The position numbers and the translations under genes were made by a program. Positions 44,424 through 54,988 of a stretch of 64,000 nucleotides of DNA are shown here, in pieces. The notes beneath the pieces are model-generated. The model worked only from the letters and a program-made list of their open reading frames with translations. It was not told the DNA's origin and made no database searches. How positions within the stretch are numbered: the stretch's first letter is position 1; each line of letters starts with the position of its first letter. Source of the DNA: an uncultured Coriobacteriales bacterium (GTDB lineage Bacteria > Actinomycetota > Coriobacteriia > Coriobacteriales > QAMH01); assembly GCA_934646835.1 (NCBI GenBank), contig CAKUES010000005.1, positions 12,860 to 76,859 on the forward strand, in the 5' to 3' direction.

Positions 44424-44743
44424 TAGAGCACTCCCATTCGCATACAGACAACGCCAAAGATAATCAAGCCGACGCCGACGACCTTCATCGCGTTGAACTT
44501 CTCTTTCCAGATAATGCGGCTCACTACCGCCGTCAGGGCGACCGCCGCGCTCGTCCAGATTGCATAGGCCAAGCCCAGGGGCAAAGCTTGCAGGACCTTG
44601 GAGAGCATGGTGAAGGATACGGCGTAGCCGATGACGATGCCCACGATGGGCAGCTTGCGCGCGAAACCGTTCGAGAGCTTCATGCAGGTGTCTGCAAACA
44701 CCTCGAAGATGACGGAAACGCTCAACAACAGGTACGGACTCAT
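44423..44743 (-). CDS. SMR-family small multidrug efflux subunit (paired)
   Basis: 106 aa with FEVFADTCMKLS. Overlaps its neighbours by 1 and 4 nt. Confidence 0.8.
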   Translation of the reverse strand: MSPYLLLSVSVIFEVFADTCMKLSNGFARKLPIVGIVIGYAVSFTMLSKVLQALPLGLAYAIWTSAAVALTAVVSRIIWKEKFNAMKVVGVGLIIFGVVCMRMGVL

Positions 44744-45174
44744 TGGGTCAAACCCTCCTCAAACGCTTTCACATACTGGCGCGCCACCTTGAGAAAGACA
44801 GCGGCCTCCCAATCGGCGATTCCCTTGGCGGAATCGTGCTCGAGCTTCCTCATGCGCTTCACCGGGTCATCCCAGCGCGTGTACCCCTCGTCGGTGAGGG
44901 TGATGATGCGCTCGCGCTTATCGACAGCACCCTGTTGAGAGCTGATGCAACCGTCAGCCGCAAGGCGCTTGCACGTCGCGCTCACGGTCTGCTTGTTGAG
45001 GTCGCACAGATCGCATATCTCTCGCTGTGTCAGGCCGCCGCCCTTCTTCCAGAGCGCGTCGACAACGTAGAGCTCGTTCTCGTCGACCGTCTCCATCTTC
45101 GCGAAGGTGCGGTAGGCAACGTTGAGGTCGCGCCAACAGGACCACAGCTCATTGCCAAAATCGTCGTGTTCCAT
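44740..45174 (-). CDS. MarR-family transcriptional regulator
   Basis: Winged-HTH region LTQREICDLCDLNKQTVSATCKRLAADGCI. First gene of the marR-SMR-SMR operon. Confidence 0.85.
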   Translation of the reverse strand: MEHDDFGNELWSCWRDLNVAYRTFAKMETVDENELYVVDALWKKGGGLTQREICDLCDLNKQTVSATCKRLAADGCISSQQGAVDKRERIITLTDEGYTRWDDPVKRMRKLEHDSAKGIADWEAAVFLKVARQYVKAFEEGLTQ

Positions 45175-45194
45175 AGCATTCCTTACTAGTACAG

Positions 45195-45235
45195 ATAGTC
45201 CATTTTTGGACTATTATAGTCTACAAATGGACTAT
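45195..45235. promoter_or_regulatory. Two tandem 20-bp palindromes upstream of marR (candidate MarR operators)
   Basis: ATAGTCCATTTTTGGACTAT (45195-45214, perfect) and ATAGTCTACAAATGGACTAT (45216-45235, one mismatch), 21-61 nt upstream of the marR start. Confidence 0.6.
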
Positions 45236-45320
45236 TGCCAGCGATTCAGGGTTACGTCAAGGCAACGAGCAGACACAAAGAGAGGCGAGCCCCTAAGGAC
45301 TCGCCTCTCTTCTCATTGCA

Positions 45321-45456
45321 CGTAGGGGAGGGACCCTGTCCCTCCCCATGAACGATGCAAAGTCAAGAGTGTCGTAAGCCCTGACGATGCCTCGCACAGT
45401 CGCAATGTAACTTAACACGCCTGTCATATGGGGAGGGACAGGGTCCCTCCCCTACG
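45321..45456. repeat. Inverted pair of class A REP hairpins
   Basis: CGTAGGGGAGGGACCCTGTCCCTCCCC (45321-45347) and GGGGAGGGACAGGGTCCCTCCCCTACG (45430-45456). Confidence 0.9.
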
Positions 45457-45467
45457 CTCGACATAGC

Positions 45468-45499
45468 AGGACCTCTGCAATCAGCATTGCAGAGGTCCT
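45468..45499 (-). terminator. Stem-loop downstream of the ABC operon (no U-tract)
   Basis: AGGACCTCTGCAAT-CAGC-ATTGCAGAGGTCCT. Confidence 0.5.
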
Positions 45500-45530
45500 A
45501 ATCTACGACCAACACGCACAGCGCTCGCTT

Positions 45531-46481
45531 CTAGATGAAGCTCTCCTCGCCGGGATGCAGCAAGGACGGAGCAGCGCCGAGCAGCAGCTTGGTGTAGGGG
45601 TCCTTCGGGTTCTCGAAGACCTCCTTGGCATTGCCGCGCTCAACGATGACGCCCTTGTTCATGACCACGATGCGGTCGGAGATATAGCGCACGGTGGAGA
45701 TGTCGTGGCTGATGAAGACCATTGCCAGGCCAAGCTCCTTCTTGAGGTCCATCAGCAGGTTGAGGATCTGCGCGCGAACGGAGACGTCGAGTGCGGAGGT
45801 AGGCTCGTCGGCGATGATGACCTCGGGGTTGAGAGCCAGGGCGCGGGCGATTGCCACGCGCTGGCGCTGACCGCCGGACATCTGGCCGGGCAGTGCCTCG
45901 AGGCAGCTCATGGGCAGGCCGACGAGGTGAATGAGCTCCTTGACGCGAGCCTCGCGCTCCTCAGGGGTGCCGACCTTGTGGACAATCATCGGATCGAGCA
46001 GCTGGTCATGCACAGACATGCGGGCGTTGAGCGCGGTCGCAGGATCCTGGAACACGACGCTCAGCACGCGGCCGATGGTCTTGCGGTCCGCCGCAGTGCG
46101 CTGCGTGACATCCTTGCCCTTGAAGTACACATGTCCGCTCGTGGGTGCTTGCAGGCCGCAGAGCACGTTGGCGGTGGTGGACTTGCCGCAGCCGGACTCG
46201 CCGACGATACCGATGGTCTCGCCGGGAAGCAGCTTGAGCGACAGGCCGCGGACGGCCTTCACCATGTTGGGATGCAGCAGCGAGCCGGTGCGCGTCTTGA
46301 AGGTGACGTGGATGTCGTCCAAGAAGACGATGGGCTCGCCAGCGTCTGCGGGCGTGTCGTCGGGGACGGAGGTCTCCGGCACGGGGATGGCCTGGAGCTG
46401 CTCGCGCACATCGCGGCGGCCAGCCATAGGAGCGGCGTAGACGTCCTCCTCGATGGGGACAACCTTCTTATCTTCAGCCAT
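45531..46481 (-). CDS. Peptide/nickel ABC transporter ATP-binding protein (OppF/DppF-like)
   Basis: Walker A GESGCGKST, signature MSGGQRQR, Walker B IIADEPTSALD. Confidence 0.9.
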   Translation of the reverse strand: MAEDKKVVPIEEDVYAAPMAGRRDVREQLQAIPVPETSVPDDTPADAGEPIVFLDDIHVTFKTRTGSLLHPNMVKAVRGLSLKLLPGETIGIVGESGCGKSTTANVLCGLQAPTSGHVYFKGKDVTQRTAADRKTIGRVLSVVFQDPATALNARMSVHDQLLDPMIVHKVGTPEEREARVKELIHLVGLPMSCLEALPGQMSGGQRQRVAIARALALNPEVIIADEPTSALDVSVRAQILNLLMDLKKELGLAMVFISHDISTVRYISDRIVVMNKGVIVERGNAKEVFENPKDPYTKLLLGAAPSLLHPGEESFI

Positions 46482-48511
46482 TATTCCCTCCCCTCTGCCG
46501 GCACCAGCGGCGTCAAGCCGATGCGGGTCAGCTCGCTGTCAGGCAGCTCTGCATAGTAGTGGTCCGTGCCCTTGAGGCGCTTGAGCATCGGGCGGACGTT
46601 GGAGACCTTGTCCGGGTGGCTCGAGCGCGGGCAGAAGCGGTCGCCCTCGGGGAAGTCCTTGGGGCTGGGAACGCTGCCGGGAACCTGGTGCAGGCGGTCG
46701 CCGCCGGCCTCGATGGAGAGGACAGAGCCGAGCAGGCCGCGGGTGTACTCGTGGACCGGGTTGGTCATGATCTCGCGCACGGGACCCTGCTCCACGACCT
46801 GGCCGGCGTACATGACGGTGATGGAGTTGGCGACCTCTGCCACGAGGGCGAGGTCGTGGCTCACGAACACCATCGCGAAGCCAAGCTCGTGCTGCAGGCG
46901 GTTGAGCAAGTCGACGACCTGCTTTTGGACCGTGACGTCGAGAGCCGTGGTGGGCTCGTCGGCGATGATGACCTTGGGGTCGCGGGTCAGGGCCATGGCG
47001 ATAAGGACGCGCTGGCGCTGGCCGCCGGACAGCTCATGCGGATAGGAGTCAAGCACGCGGGCAGGATCAAGGCCGACGAGCTCGAGGAGCTCCTCTGCCG
47101 TACGGGTACCGCCGCGCTTGGTCAGCTGCTTGAACTGGGCCTTGATCAGCATGGACGGGTTGAGCGAGGACAGCGCGTCCTGGTAGATCATCGCGATCTC
47201 CTTGCCGCGCAGCTCGTTCATCGCCTTGTTATCGAGGTCGAGCAGGTTCTGGCCGTTGTAGATGATCTCGCCGGAGATCTGGGCCTTGGGGTCGAGCAGA
47301 CCCATGATCGCCATGGAGGAGATGGACTTGCCGCAACCGGACTCACCCACGAGACCCATGGTCTGGCGCGGGCGCACCACGAAGTTGAGGTGGTCGACGA
47401 CGTTGACCTCGCCGTGGCGCGGGAAGCGGATGCAGAGGTCCTTGACCTCGAGGATGGGCGGAACATCGGTGCGGGCCTCGAAGCGGTCCGTGCGCTTGAG
47501 CTCAACCTCGCGCAGTGCCGCGAGGCGCTTCTCCAGGGACTCGGCCTGAGCGGCGTAAGCCAGCTTGGGGTCGGCGACGAGGCGGTCTGCCTCGCGGTCG
47601 GAGGAGAGGTTGGAGTCGGATGCCTCCATGGGAGCGCTCGGGGCGGCGGCCATGGCGTCAGTCACGCCCTCAGCCAGGATGTTGAGGGCAAGGACGGTGA
47701 TCATGATAGCCAGGCCGGGGAACAGCGCCTGCCACCAGCGGCCGGCAAGGACGCCGGCGCGGGCATCGGCGAGAATGTTGCCCCAGGTGGGGTTGGGCTC
47801 GGGGATGCCAGCGGAGATGAAGGCGAGGGATGCCTCGAAGACGATCGCGTCTGCCGTCGCCGTGATAGCGAAGACGAGGATCGGGGCCAGGCAGTTGCGC
47901 ATGACATGCTTCCACAGGATCCACGGAGCACGGTCACCTGCGACCATGCAGGCACGGACGTAGTCGCGGCCGTACTCGGACATGATGTTCGCGCGCACGA
48001 CGCGGGCGACCTGCGGCGCGTACATGACGCCGATGGCGATGATCAAGGAACCGACAGTGCGGCCAAAGACGATGACCAGGGTGGCTGCCAGAGCGATGCC
48101 GGGGAAGGACATGACGATGTCCATGATGCGCATGATGACCTCGGACACCCACTTGCGGCTGACCGCGGCGATGGCACCGAAGATCGCACCAAAGACCAGT
48201 GCGAAGACGGTTGCGCCCAGACCGATGGTCAGGGAGTACGCGCCGCCGTAAATCATGCGGGACAAGACGTCGCGGCCCTTGTCGTCCGTGCCGAAGATGA
48301 ACTCAGAGCACGGGGCGAGGCGCGCGGTGAAGATCTGCAGGGGATCATAGGGCGCGATGAACTGCGCCGTGGCGGAGACCAGGACGATCAAGACCAGCAC
48401 GACAAGGGAGATCTTGCCGCCGATGCTCATGGCCTTGAGATGCTTGGCCTTCATCGGCTTGCCGGCCTGGGCCTCCAGCTTCTTGGTTGTATTCTCACGA
48501 AACGCCATCAC
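46481..48511 (-). CDS. Fused ABC permease (DppC/OppC-like) and ATP-binding (DppD/OppD-like) protein
   Basis: N-terminal six-TM permease half, then GESGCGKSIS, LSGGQRQRV, IIADEPTTALD. Confidence 0.9.
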   Translation of the reverse strand: MMAFRENTTKKLEAQAGKPMKAKHLKAMSIGGKISLVVLVLIVLVSATAQFIAPYDPLQIFTARLAPCSEFIFGTDDKGRDVLSRMIYGGAYSLTIGLGATVFALVFGAIFGAIAAVSRKWVSEVIMRIMDIVMSFPGIALAATLVIVFGRTVGSLIIAIGVMYAPQVARVVRANIMSEYGRDYVRACMVAGDRAPWILWKHVMRNCLAPILVFAITATADAIVFEASLAFISAGIPEPNPTWGNILADARAGVLAGRWWQALFPGLAIMITVLALNILAEGVTDAMAAAPSAPMEASDSNLSSDREADRLVADPKLAYAAQAESLEKRLAALREVELKRTDRFEARTDVPPILEVKDLCIRFPRHGEVNVVDHLNFVVRPRQTMGLVGESGCGKSISSMAIMGLLDPKAQISGEIIYNGQNLLDLDNKAMNELRGKEIAMIYQDALSSLNPSMLIKAQFKQLTKRGGTRTAEELLELVGLDPARVLDSYPHELSGGQRQRVLIAMALTRDPKVIIADEPTTALDVTVQKQVVDLLNRLQHELGFAMVFVSHDLALVAEVANSITVMYAGQVVEQGPVREIMTNPVHEYTRGLLGSVLSIEAGGDRLHQVPGSVPSPKDFPEGDRFCPRSSHPDKVSNVRPMLKRLKGTDHYYAELPDSELTRIGLTPLVPAEGRE

Positions 48512-49467
48512 TACACCGTCCTAATCCTGGGGTCGATCAGGATGTAGAGCATGTCGACGATGATGTTGATCACGATGAAGGACAGTGCGACGACAAGCAC
48601 GCAACCCTGGATGAGCAAAACATAGTTGGCCTGGATACCGGAGAGGATGGCCATGCCCATACCGGGGAGGTTGAAGATGACCTCGATGACGACGGCACCG
48701 CCGATGAGGTGGGCGATCTTGAGGCCGATAACCGTAACCGGGCTGATGAGGGCGTTGCGCAGGACATTGCGTGCGATGACGGTGCCCTTGGGAATACCCG
48801 CGCCGAGTGCGGTGCGGACGTAGTCCTTGTCAAGCTCCTCGACCATGGAGGTTCGGATGACGCGAATCATCTGACCGGCGACAGGCACGGCAAGCGCAAA
48901 CGCCGGCAGCGCCATGCGAGCCATCCATCCGCCTGGATCGGAGAAGAAGGCAGGCAGCGGACCAGAAGAGGGCAGCAGGCCCATATTGAAGGTGAAGACC
49001 AAGATCAGCAGGACTGCCAGCCAGAAGGAAGGCATTGCCAGGAAGACGATGGAGATGACGCGGATCACCTGGTCGGGCCACTTGTCGCGATAGACAGCGG
49101 AGATGACGCCCAAGACGACGGAGATGACCAGCGCGATGATCAAGCCGAAGAAAGTCAGCTCCAAGGTGACGGGCAGGGACTCGGCGATACGGTCGAGAAC
49201 GGATGCGTTGGCCGCACCGTAGGTACCAAAATCACCATGGCAGATGTTGACCAGGTAGCGTCCGTACTGGACGAGGAGCGGGTCGTTGAGACCGTGTGCC
49301 TCGCGGTAGGCGTCAGCCTGCTCTGCCGTTGCGCTCTCGCCCAAGACGGAGTACGCCTGGTCGATCGGCGAAAGCGCCATAATGAAGAACACGAGGATGG
49401 TTACGCCCAAGACCATGATGGGCAGCGCAACAAGGCGCCTTCCGATGAGGCGCAGCAGATTATTCAC
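48511..49467 (-). CDS. ABC transporter permease (DppB/OppB-like)
   Basis: BPD-type permease translation with a typical N-terminus (MNNLLRLIGRRLVALPIMVLGVTILVFF). Confidence 0.9.
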   Translation of the reverse strand: MNNLLRLIGRRLVALPIMVLGVTILVFFIMALSPIDQAYSVLGESATAEQADAYREAHGLNDPLLVQYGRYLVNICHGDFGTYGAANASVLDRIAESLPVTLELTFFGLIIALVISVVLGVISAVYRDKWPDQVIRVISIVFLAMPSFWLAVLLILVFTFNMGLLPSSGPLPAFFSDPGGWMARMALPAFALAVPVAGQMIRVIRTSMVEELDKDYVRTALGAGIPKGTVIARNVLRNALISPVTVIGLKIAHLIGGAVVIEVIFNLPGMGMAILSGIQANYVLLIQGCVLVVALSFIVINIIVDMLYILIDPRIRTV

Positions 49468-49718
49468 CCTTGTCCTCCTTTCTTGCCCGGGACCACGCGG
49501 GCCCCCTCTTTAGTACTAACTGCTCTGCAAATAAACACAGCAGAGCCCCTCCTGCGAAAAAACGCATAGTCAGAAGTATATGGGCAAATCACTATGCAAG
49601 CGGTGAAATTAACCGATAAATGGCCACTAATGCAGCAGCCTTGCAAGTACTCAGCATACGGCGGCGCGAGATTCCAAGCGCGCGTTGCCCCCGCGGACAA
49701 GCTTGCCGGTCGCCGTTG

Positions 49719-49836
49719 CTAGAGAAACGCTGATTAAAGCAAGTGCCCGCTGCGTACGATTGGCAAAACCGCTGGTCACGTAGGGGAGGGACCCTGTCCC
49801 TCCCCATAAACCTTGCATTAATCACTGTTTCCCTAG
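49719..49836 (-). mobile_element. MITE-like element, copy 3 (inverted orientation)
   Basis: CTAGAGAAACGCTGATTAAAGC...CGTAGGGGAGGGACCCTGTCCCTCCCC...GCATTAATCACTGTTTCCCTAG. Confidence 0.85.
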
Positions 49837-49860
49837 ACACCGCCCTGTCATCCCAGGAGC

Positions 49861-50140
49861 AATTGTCTGAACGAAATTTCGTTCAGACAATTCGTGAAAC
49901 CGCTGCCACAGGCCCTTTTCTGCGATTATCTGAACGATTTGCCATTCAGACTTTTCTCGAAATCCTCACTGTAGGCGCTTTTCTGCAATCTTCTGAATGA
50001 TTGGTCGTTCAGAAGATTGCAACCCTCGCTGCACGACCCTTCCCCAATTGCCTGAACGATATTTCGTTCAGGCAATTGGGGAAACCTCCGCCGCAAGCCC
50101 TTTTCCATAATTGTCTGAACGGATAATCATTCAGACAATC
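49861..50140. repeat. Tandem array of five family E hairpins, period about 62 bp
   Basis: Hairpins at 49861-49892, about 49924-49956 (degenerate), 49985-50020, 50042-50081 and about 50109-50140. Related linkers follow the pattern GAAAC.(G/T)C..C....GC.CTTTTC.GC. Confidence 0.9.
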
Positions 50141-50186
50141 ACAAAAGGCACCCCGCGCTTCTGCAATCCTCCCCTACTCACACCAA

Positions 50187-50222
50187 CAAAAAGAGCCGCA
50201 GGCGAATACCTGCGGCTCTTTG
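50187..50222 (-). terminator. Intrinsic terminator immediately after the substrate-binding-protein gene
   Basis: The minus strand reads AAGAGCCGCAGG-TATTCG-CCTGCGGCTCTTTTTG. Confidence 0.8.
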
Positions 50223-50258
50223 AGATATACGAGCTTGTCGCGCTATGCGGCTATCAGC

Positions 50259-51854
50259 TTACTTGGAGGTAGCGGATGCACCGAGCATGAACAGACCGGT
50301 GGTGCCGATGGGGCTGAAGCCGGTGATCATGTCCTCGCGATGTGCGGTTGCAACCTGGCGATGGAACAGGCCGTACAGGGGCACTTCCTCTGCGATGATG
50401 TCGCAGATCTCCTTGTAGGCTGCCTTCTTGGCGTCGCCAGCCTCCATCTTGACAGCCTCGGCCATCTTGTCCTGGACGGACTGCCAGGTCTTCTTGTCGC
50501 CCTTGGCCCAGCAGCTGCGGCCGTTGGTCCAGACGTTGTCGCCGTACCACCACTTGAGGAGCATGTCTGCATCCTTGCCAAAGCAGGTGGGGTCGCCCGG
50601 GGTGAGCATGACGTCGTAGGGCAGAACCTTGTCAGAGGGGTTCATAGTTGCCCAGTCGATGGTGGTGACGTTCAGCGTGCACTCCAGACCGACGGCGTCG
50701 AGGTCCTCCTTGATCTGTGCGGACAGGTTGGAAACCCAGTTGTTGTTGCACATCAGCTCGAACTTCAGGCCCTCTGCACCGGCCTCCTTGAGCAGGGCCT
50801 TGGCCTTCTCGGGGTCGTAGGTGTAGACGGTGGAAGCCTCGGAATAGTTCTCGGAGTCCTTGGGCAGGTAGCCCTTAATGGCCTCTGCATGGCCGACGAG
50901 CTGGTTGGAGATCAGCTTCTCGACGTCGATTGCATAGAAGAATGCCTGGCGGACGCGCTTGTCGTTGAAGGGCTTCTTCTCGCAGTTGAACATGAAGAAG
51001 GCCTGGTTGAAGCCGTCGACGTAGTCAACAGCAGCGCCTGCTGCAGTGATCTGGTCGGCGTTTGCGTCGGGCACGTTCTCGACGACGCCCACGGTGCCCT
51101 CGACGATGGAGGTGGTACGGGAGGTGTCGTCCTTCAGGACATGCCACTGCATGGTGTCAGCAGTTGCAGCCTTGGGGCCGTTGTAGTGCTCGTTCTTGAC
51201 GAAGTCGATCTCGCCGCCCTCGTCGCCGTTGATGGCGTCGTATGCCCAGGGACCGGAGCCGATGGGCTTCTTTGCCAGCTCGTCTGCAGTAGCGGCCTTG
51301 GGGAAGACCTTGCACAGAGCCAGGCGGGGCTTGACCAGGTCATCGCATGCGTATTTGGCGGTGACGACGACCTTCTCGCCGTCTGCCTTGACGTCCTTGA
51401 TCCAGTCGAGCATTGGGCCGATGGTCGGAGCGGCCATGTTGGTCTTGATGGCGTTGACGACGTCAGCAGCGGTGACGTCGGTGCCGTCGGAGAACTTGGC
51501 GCCGTCGCGCAGGGCGATGGTGTAGACGCCGTCCTTGGCCTCGGGGTCGCCGGCAGCCAAAGCTGCATAGGGCTGGTAGGTTGCCATGTCGAGGTCGTAC
51601 AGACCCTCGAAGACATGCCAGGTTGCACCAATCATCAGTGCAGAGCCGCCGCACATGTCAACGGGAGTGTAGTTAGTGGAGCTGTAAGCAGTAGCTGCAG
51701 TCAGGGTACCGCCCTCGACTGCTGCAGCAGAGCCAGCGCCCTCCTGCTTCTTGTCGCCGCCACCGCAGCCGGCCAGGCCAAGTGCCAGAGCGCCTGCAGT
51801 TGCAGCTGCGCCACCAGCGACGAATGCGCGGCGGCTCACGTTCTTCTGTGCCAT
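50259..51854 (-). CDS. ABC transporter substrate-binding lipoprotein, family 5 (peptide/nickel), Tat signal
   Basis: MAQKNVSRRAFVAGGAAATAGALALGLAGCGG has a twin-arginine motif plus lipobox. The mature part is SBP_bac_5-like. Confidence 0.88.
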   Translation of the reverse strand: MAQKNVSRRAFVAGGAAATAGALALGLAGCGGGDKKQEGAGSAAAVEGGTLTAATAYSSTNYTPVDMCGGSALMIGATWHVFEGLYDLDMATYQPYAALAAGDPEAKDGVYTIALRDGAKFSDGTDVTAADVVNAIKTNMAAPTIGPMLDWIKDVKADGEKVVVTAKYACDDLVKPRLALCKVFPKAATADELAKKPIGSGPWAYDAINGDEGGEIDFVKNEHYNGPKAATADTMQWHVLKDDTSRTTSIVEGTVGVVENVPDANADQITAAGAAVDYVDGFNQAFFMFNCEKKPFNDKRVRQAFFYAIDVEKLISNQLVGHAEAIKGYLPKDSENYSEASTVYTYDPEKAKALLKEAGAEGLKFELMCNNNWVSNLSAQIKEDLDAVGLECTLNVTTIDWATMNPSDKVLPYDVMLTPGDPTCFGKDADMLLKWWYGDNVWTNGRSCWAKGDKKTWQSVQDKMAEAVKMEAGDAKKAAYKEICDIIAEEVPLYGLFHRQVATAHREDMITGFSPIGTTGLFMLGASATSK

Positions 51855-52010
51855 GTGATTCTCCAAATCATCCTGTCGGGCCAAGCAACCCGAATGGGCA
51901 TTACGCACGCCGTTCCTCATATACGGCGCACCTATTCATTGTGCACTATTTTGCGCAAAGTTGACCCATGATTAACGCATTTGCAAATCAAGAATGATAG
52001 GGATTGCAAT

Positions 52011-52043
52011 ACAGGAGGACGGGAGCTGGCCCCGTCCTCCTGT
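52011..52043 (-). terminator. Stem-loop downstream of ffh
   Basis: ACAGGAGGACGGG-AGCTGGC-CCCGTCCTCCTGT. No clear U-tract. Confidence 0.45.
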
Positions 52044-52120
52044 AGCTGATGTGTATTCGTTTCAAGCGCAGGCTGTTAGACTCGCCAGCCATGGCAACCG
52101 CTCGTAAAGCGAGAGGCGCG

Positions 52121-53560
52121 CTATTTCAGGTCGATGCCGCCGTCCTTCATCATGGAGGCGATCGCCTTCATATCCAGGCCTTCCATGCCGGGGATGCCGC
52201 CTCCGCGACCAAACATGCCGCGGCGCTTCTTGCCCTTCTTGCCCTTCTTGCCGGACTGCTGCTCCATCTGCTTGGCCTTGGCGGTGAGCTTCTTGACCAT
52301 CTTGCGGGTCTCGTTGAACTTCTTGATGACCTGGTTGACCTCGGTCACGGTGAGGCCGCAGCCCTTGGCGATGCGAGCGCGGCGGCTGCCGTTGATGACC
52401 TGCGGCTTGCGGCGCTCCTCCGGGGTCATGGAGTTAATCATCGCCTCGACGCGGTCGAGCTCCTTCTCGTCCACGCGGCCCTCGGCCTGTGCCTTGGCAC
52501 CGCCGGGCAGAGCCTCGACGAGCTTTCCCAGACCGCCCATCTTGCGGGTCTGGCCGATAACCGTGTAGAAGTCCTCGAAGGTGAACTCCGCCTTGGCGAG
52601 GCGCTCCGCCTCCTCGGCGTCAATCTCTTGCTGCTGGACCTCGACGGCCTTCTCGATGACGGAAAGCACATCACCCATGCCGAGGATGCGGCCGGCCATG
52701 CGATCGGGGTGGAAGATCTCGAGGGAGTCGGGCTTCTCGCCTGCGGAGATGAAGGCAATGGGCTTGCCGGTGACCTCGCGGATGGACAGGGCGCCGCCGC
52801 CACGGGCGTCGCCGTCCATCTTGGACATGATCACGCCGTCAAAGTCGACGCGCTCGGCAAAGGCAGAGGCCGTGGTCACGGCATCCTGACCGGTCATGGC
52901 GTCGACAACGAGGAAGATGTAGTCGGGCTTGACGGCATCGCGGATGGCGACGGCCTCGTCCATCATCGCGTCGTCGATAGTCAGGCGACCTGCGGTGTCG
53001 ACGATGACCACGTCGCGCATGTTGTCGATTGCATCTTGGATCGCGCCCTTGGCGATGGCGACGGGGTCTTGGCCGTCACCGCGGTAGACGCGCACGCCCT
53101 GCTCGTCGCCGAGGGTCTGCAGCTGATCGGCTGCGGCGGGACGGTAGACGTCGCAGGCTGCCAGCAGGGGCTGGTGGCCCTGCTTGGCCAAGCGGTAGGC
53201 GAGCTTGGCCGTTGCAGTCGTCTTACCAGAGCCCTGCAGGCCGAGCATCATGATGACGCCGGGGATGCGGCTGCCAAAGTCCAGACGCACCGTCTCGCCG
53301 CCGAGCAGCGCCGTGAGCTCCTCGTTGACGATCTTCACGACGTTTTGCGCCGGCGTGAGGCTTTCCATGACGTCTGCGGTCAGGCAGCGCTCCTTCGTGC
53401 GCTTGATGAAGCCCTTGACGACCTTGAAGTTGACGTCGGCCTCGAGCAGCGCCATGCGGATTTCCTTCATGGCGGCGTCGATGTCGGCCTCCGTCAGGCG
53501 ACCTTTGCTCTTAAGGCCGCCAAAGACGCTCTGGAGTTTTTCGGACAGGTTCTCAAACAT
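52121..53560 (-). CDS. ffh: Signal recognition particle protein
   Basis: MFENLSEKLQ..., GLQGSGKTTT, DTAGRL, and a Met-rich M domain. Start at 53560. Confidence 0.95.
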   Translation of the reverse strand: MFENLSEKLQSVFGGLKSKGRLTEADIDAAMKEIRMALLEADVNFKVVKGFIKRTKERCLTADVMESLTPAQNVVKIVNEELTALLGGETVRLDFGSRIPGVIMMLGLQGSGKTTATAKLAYRLAKQGHQPLLAACDVYRPAAADQLQTLGDEQGVRVYRGDGQDPVAIAKGAIQDAIDNMRDVVIVDTAGRLTIDDAMMDEAVAIRDAVKPDYIFLVVDAMTGQDAVTTASAFAERVDFDGVIMSKMDGDARGGGALSIREVTGKPIAFISAGEKPDSLEIFHPDRMAGRILGMGDVLSVIEKAVEVQQQEIDAEEAERLAKAEFTFEDFYTVIGQTRKMGGLGKLVEALPGGAKAQAEGRVDEKELDRVEAMINSMTPEERRKPQVINGSRRARIAKGCGLTVTEVNQVIKKFNETRKMVKKLTAKAKQMEQQSGKKGKKGKKRRGMFGRGGGIPGMEGLDMKAIASMMKDGGIDLK

Positions 53561-53691
53561 ATGATCTACCTCGCGGTTCACAGGTATCGGTCAGTGATCG
53601 GACCAGATGCGGCTGTGCATCTTGCAATCGATCACGAAAGATGTCGATGGTCAGCATAGCAAGCAAGCCGGGCAGCTGACCACCAACAGGT

Positions 53692-54912
<1,221 letters not shown>

Positions 54913-54988
54913 CGCCAACGCACCTCCTTTTCTCATCTGCAAACCCCGGGTTCGACCTCGGGGCTCTAAAGCTCTCCGCTTCTCTTTC

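Noticed and set aside
49861-50140. A regularly spaced hairpin array that superficially resembles a CRISPR array.
   Set aside because: The inter-hairpin segments are related to each other rather than unique spacers. The repeats themselves are degenerate, the period is about 62 bp with a 32-40-bp palindromic repeat, no cas genes are nearby, and the same unit occurs at 28637-28739.
54940-54968. CCCCGGGTTCGACCTCGGGG, which resembles a tRNA T-arm (GGTTCGA).
   Set aside because: It is a simple stem-loop between smc and ftsY. No acceptor, D or anticodon arms can be built around it.
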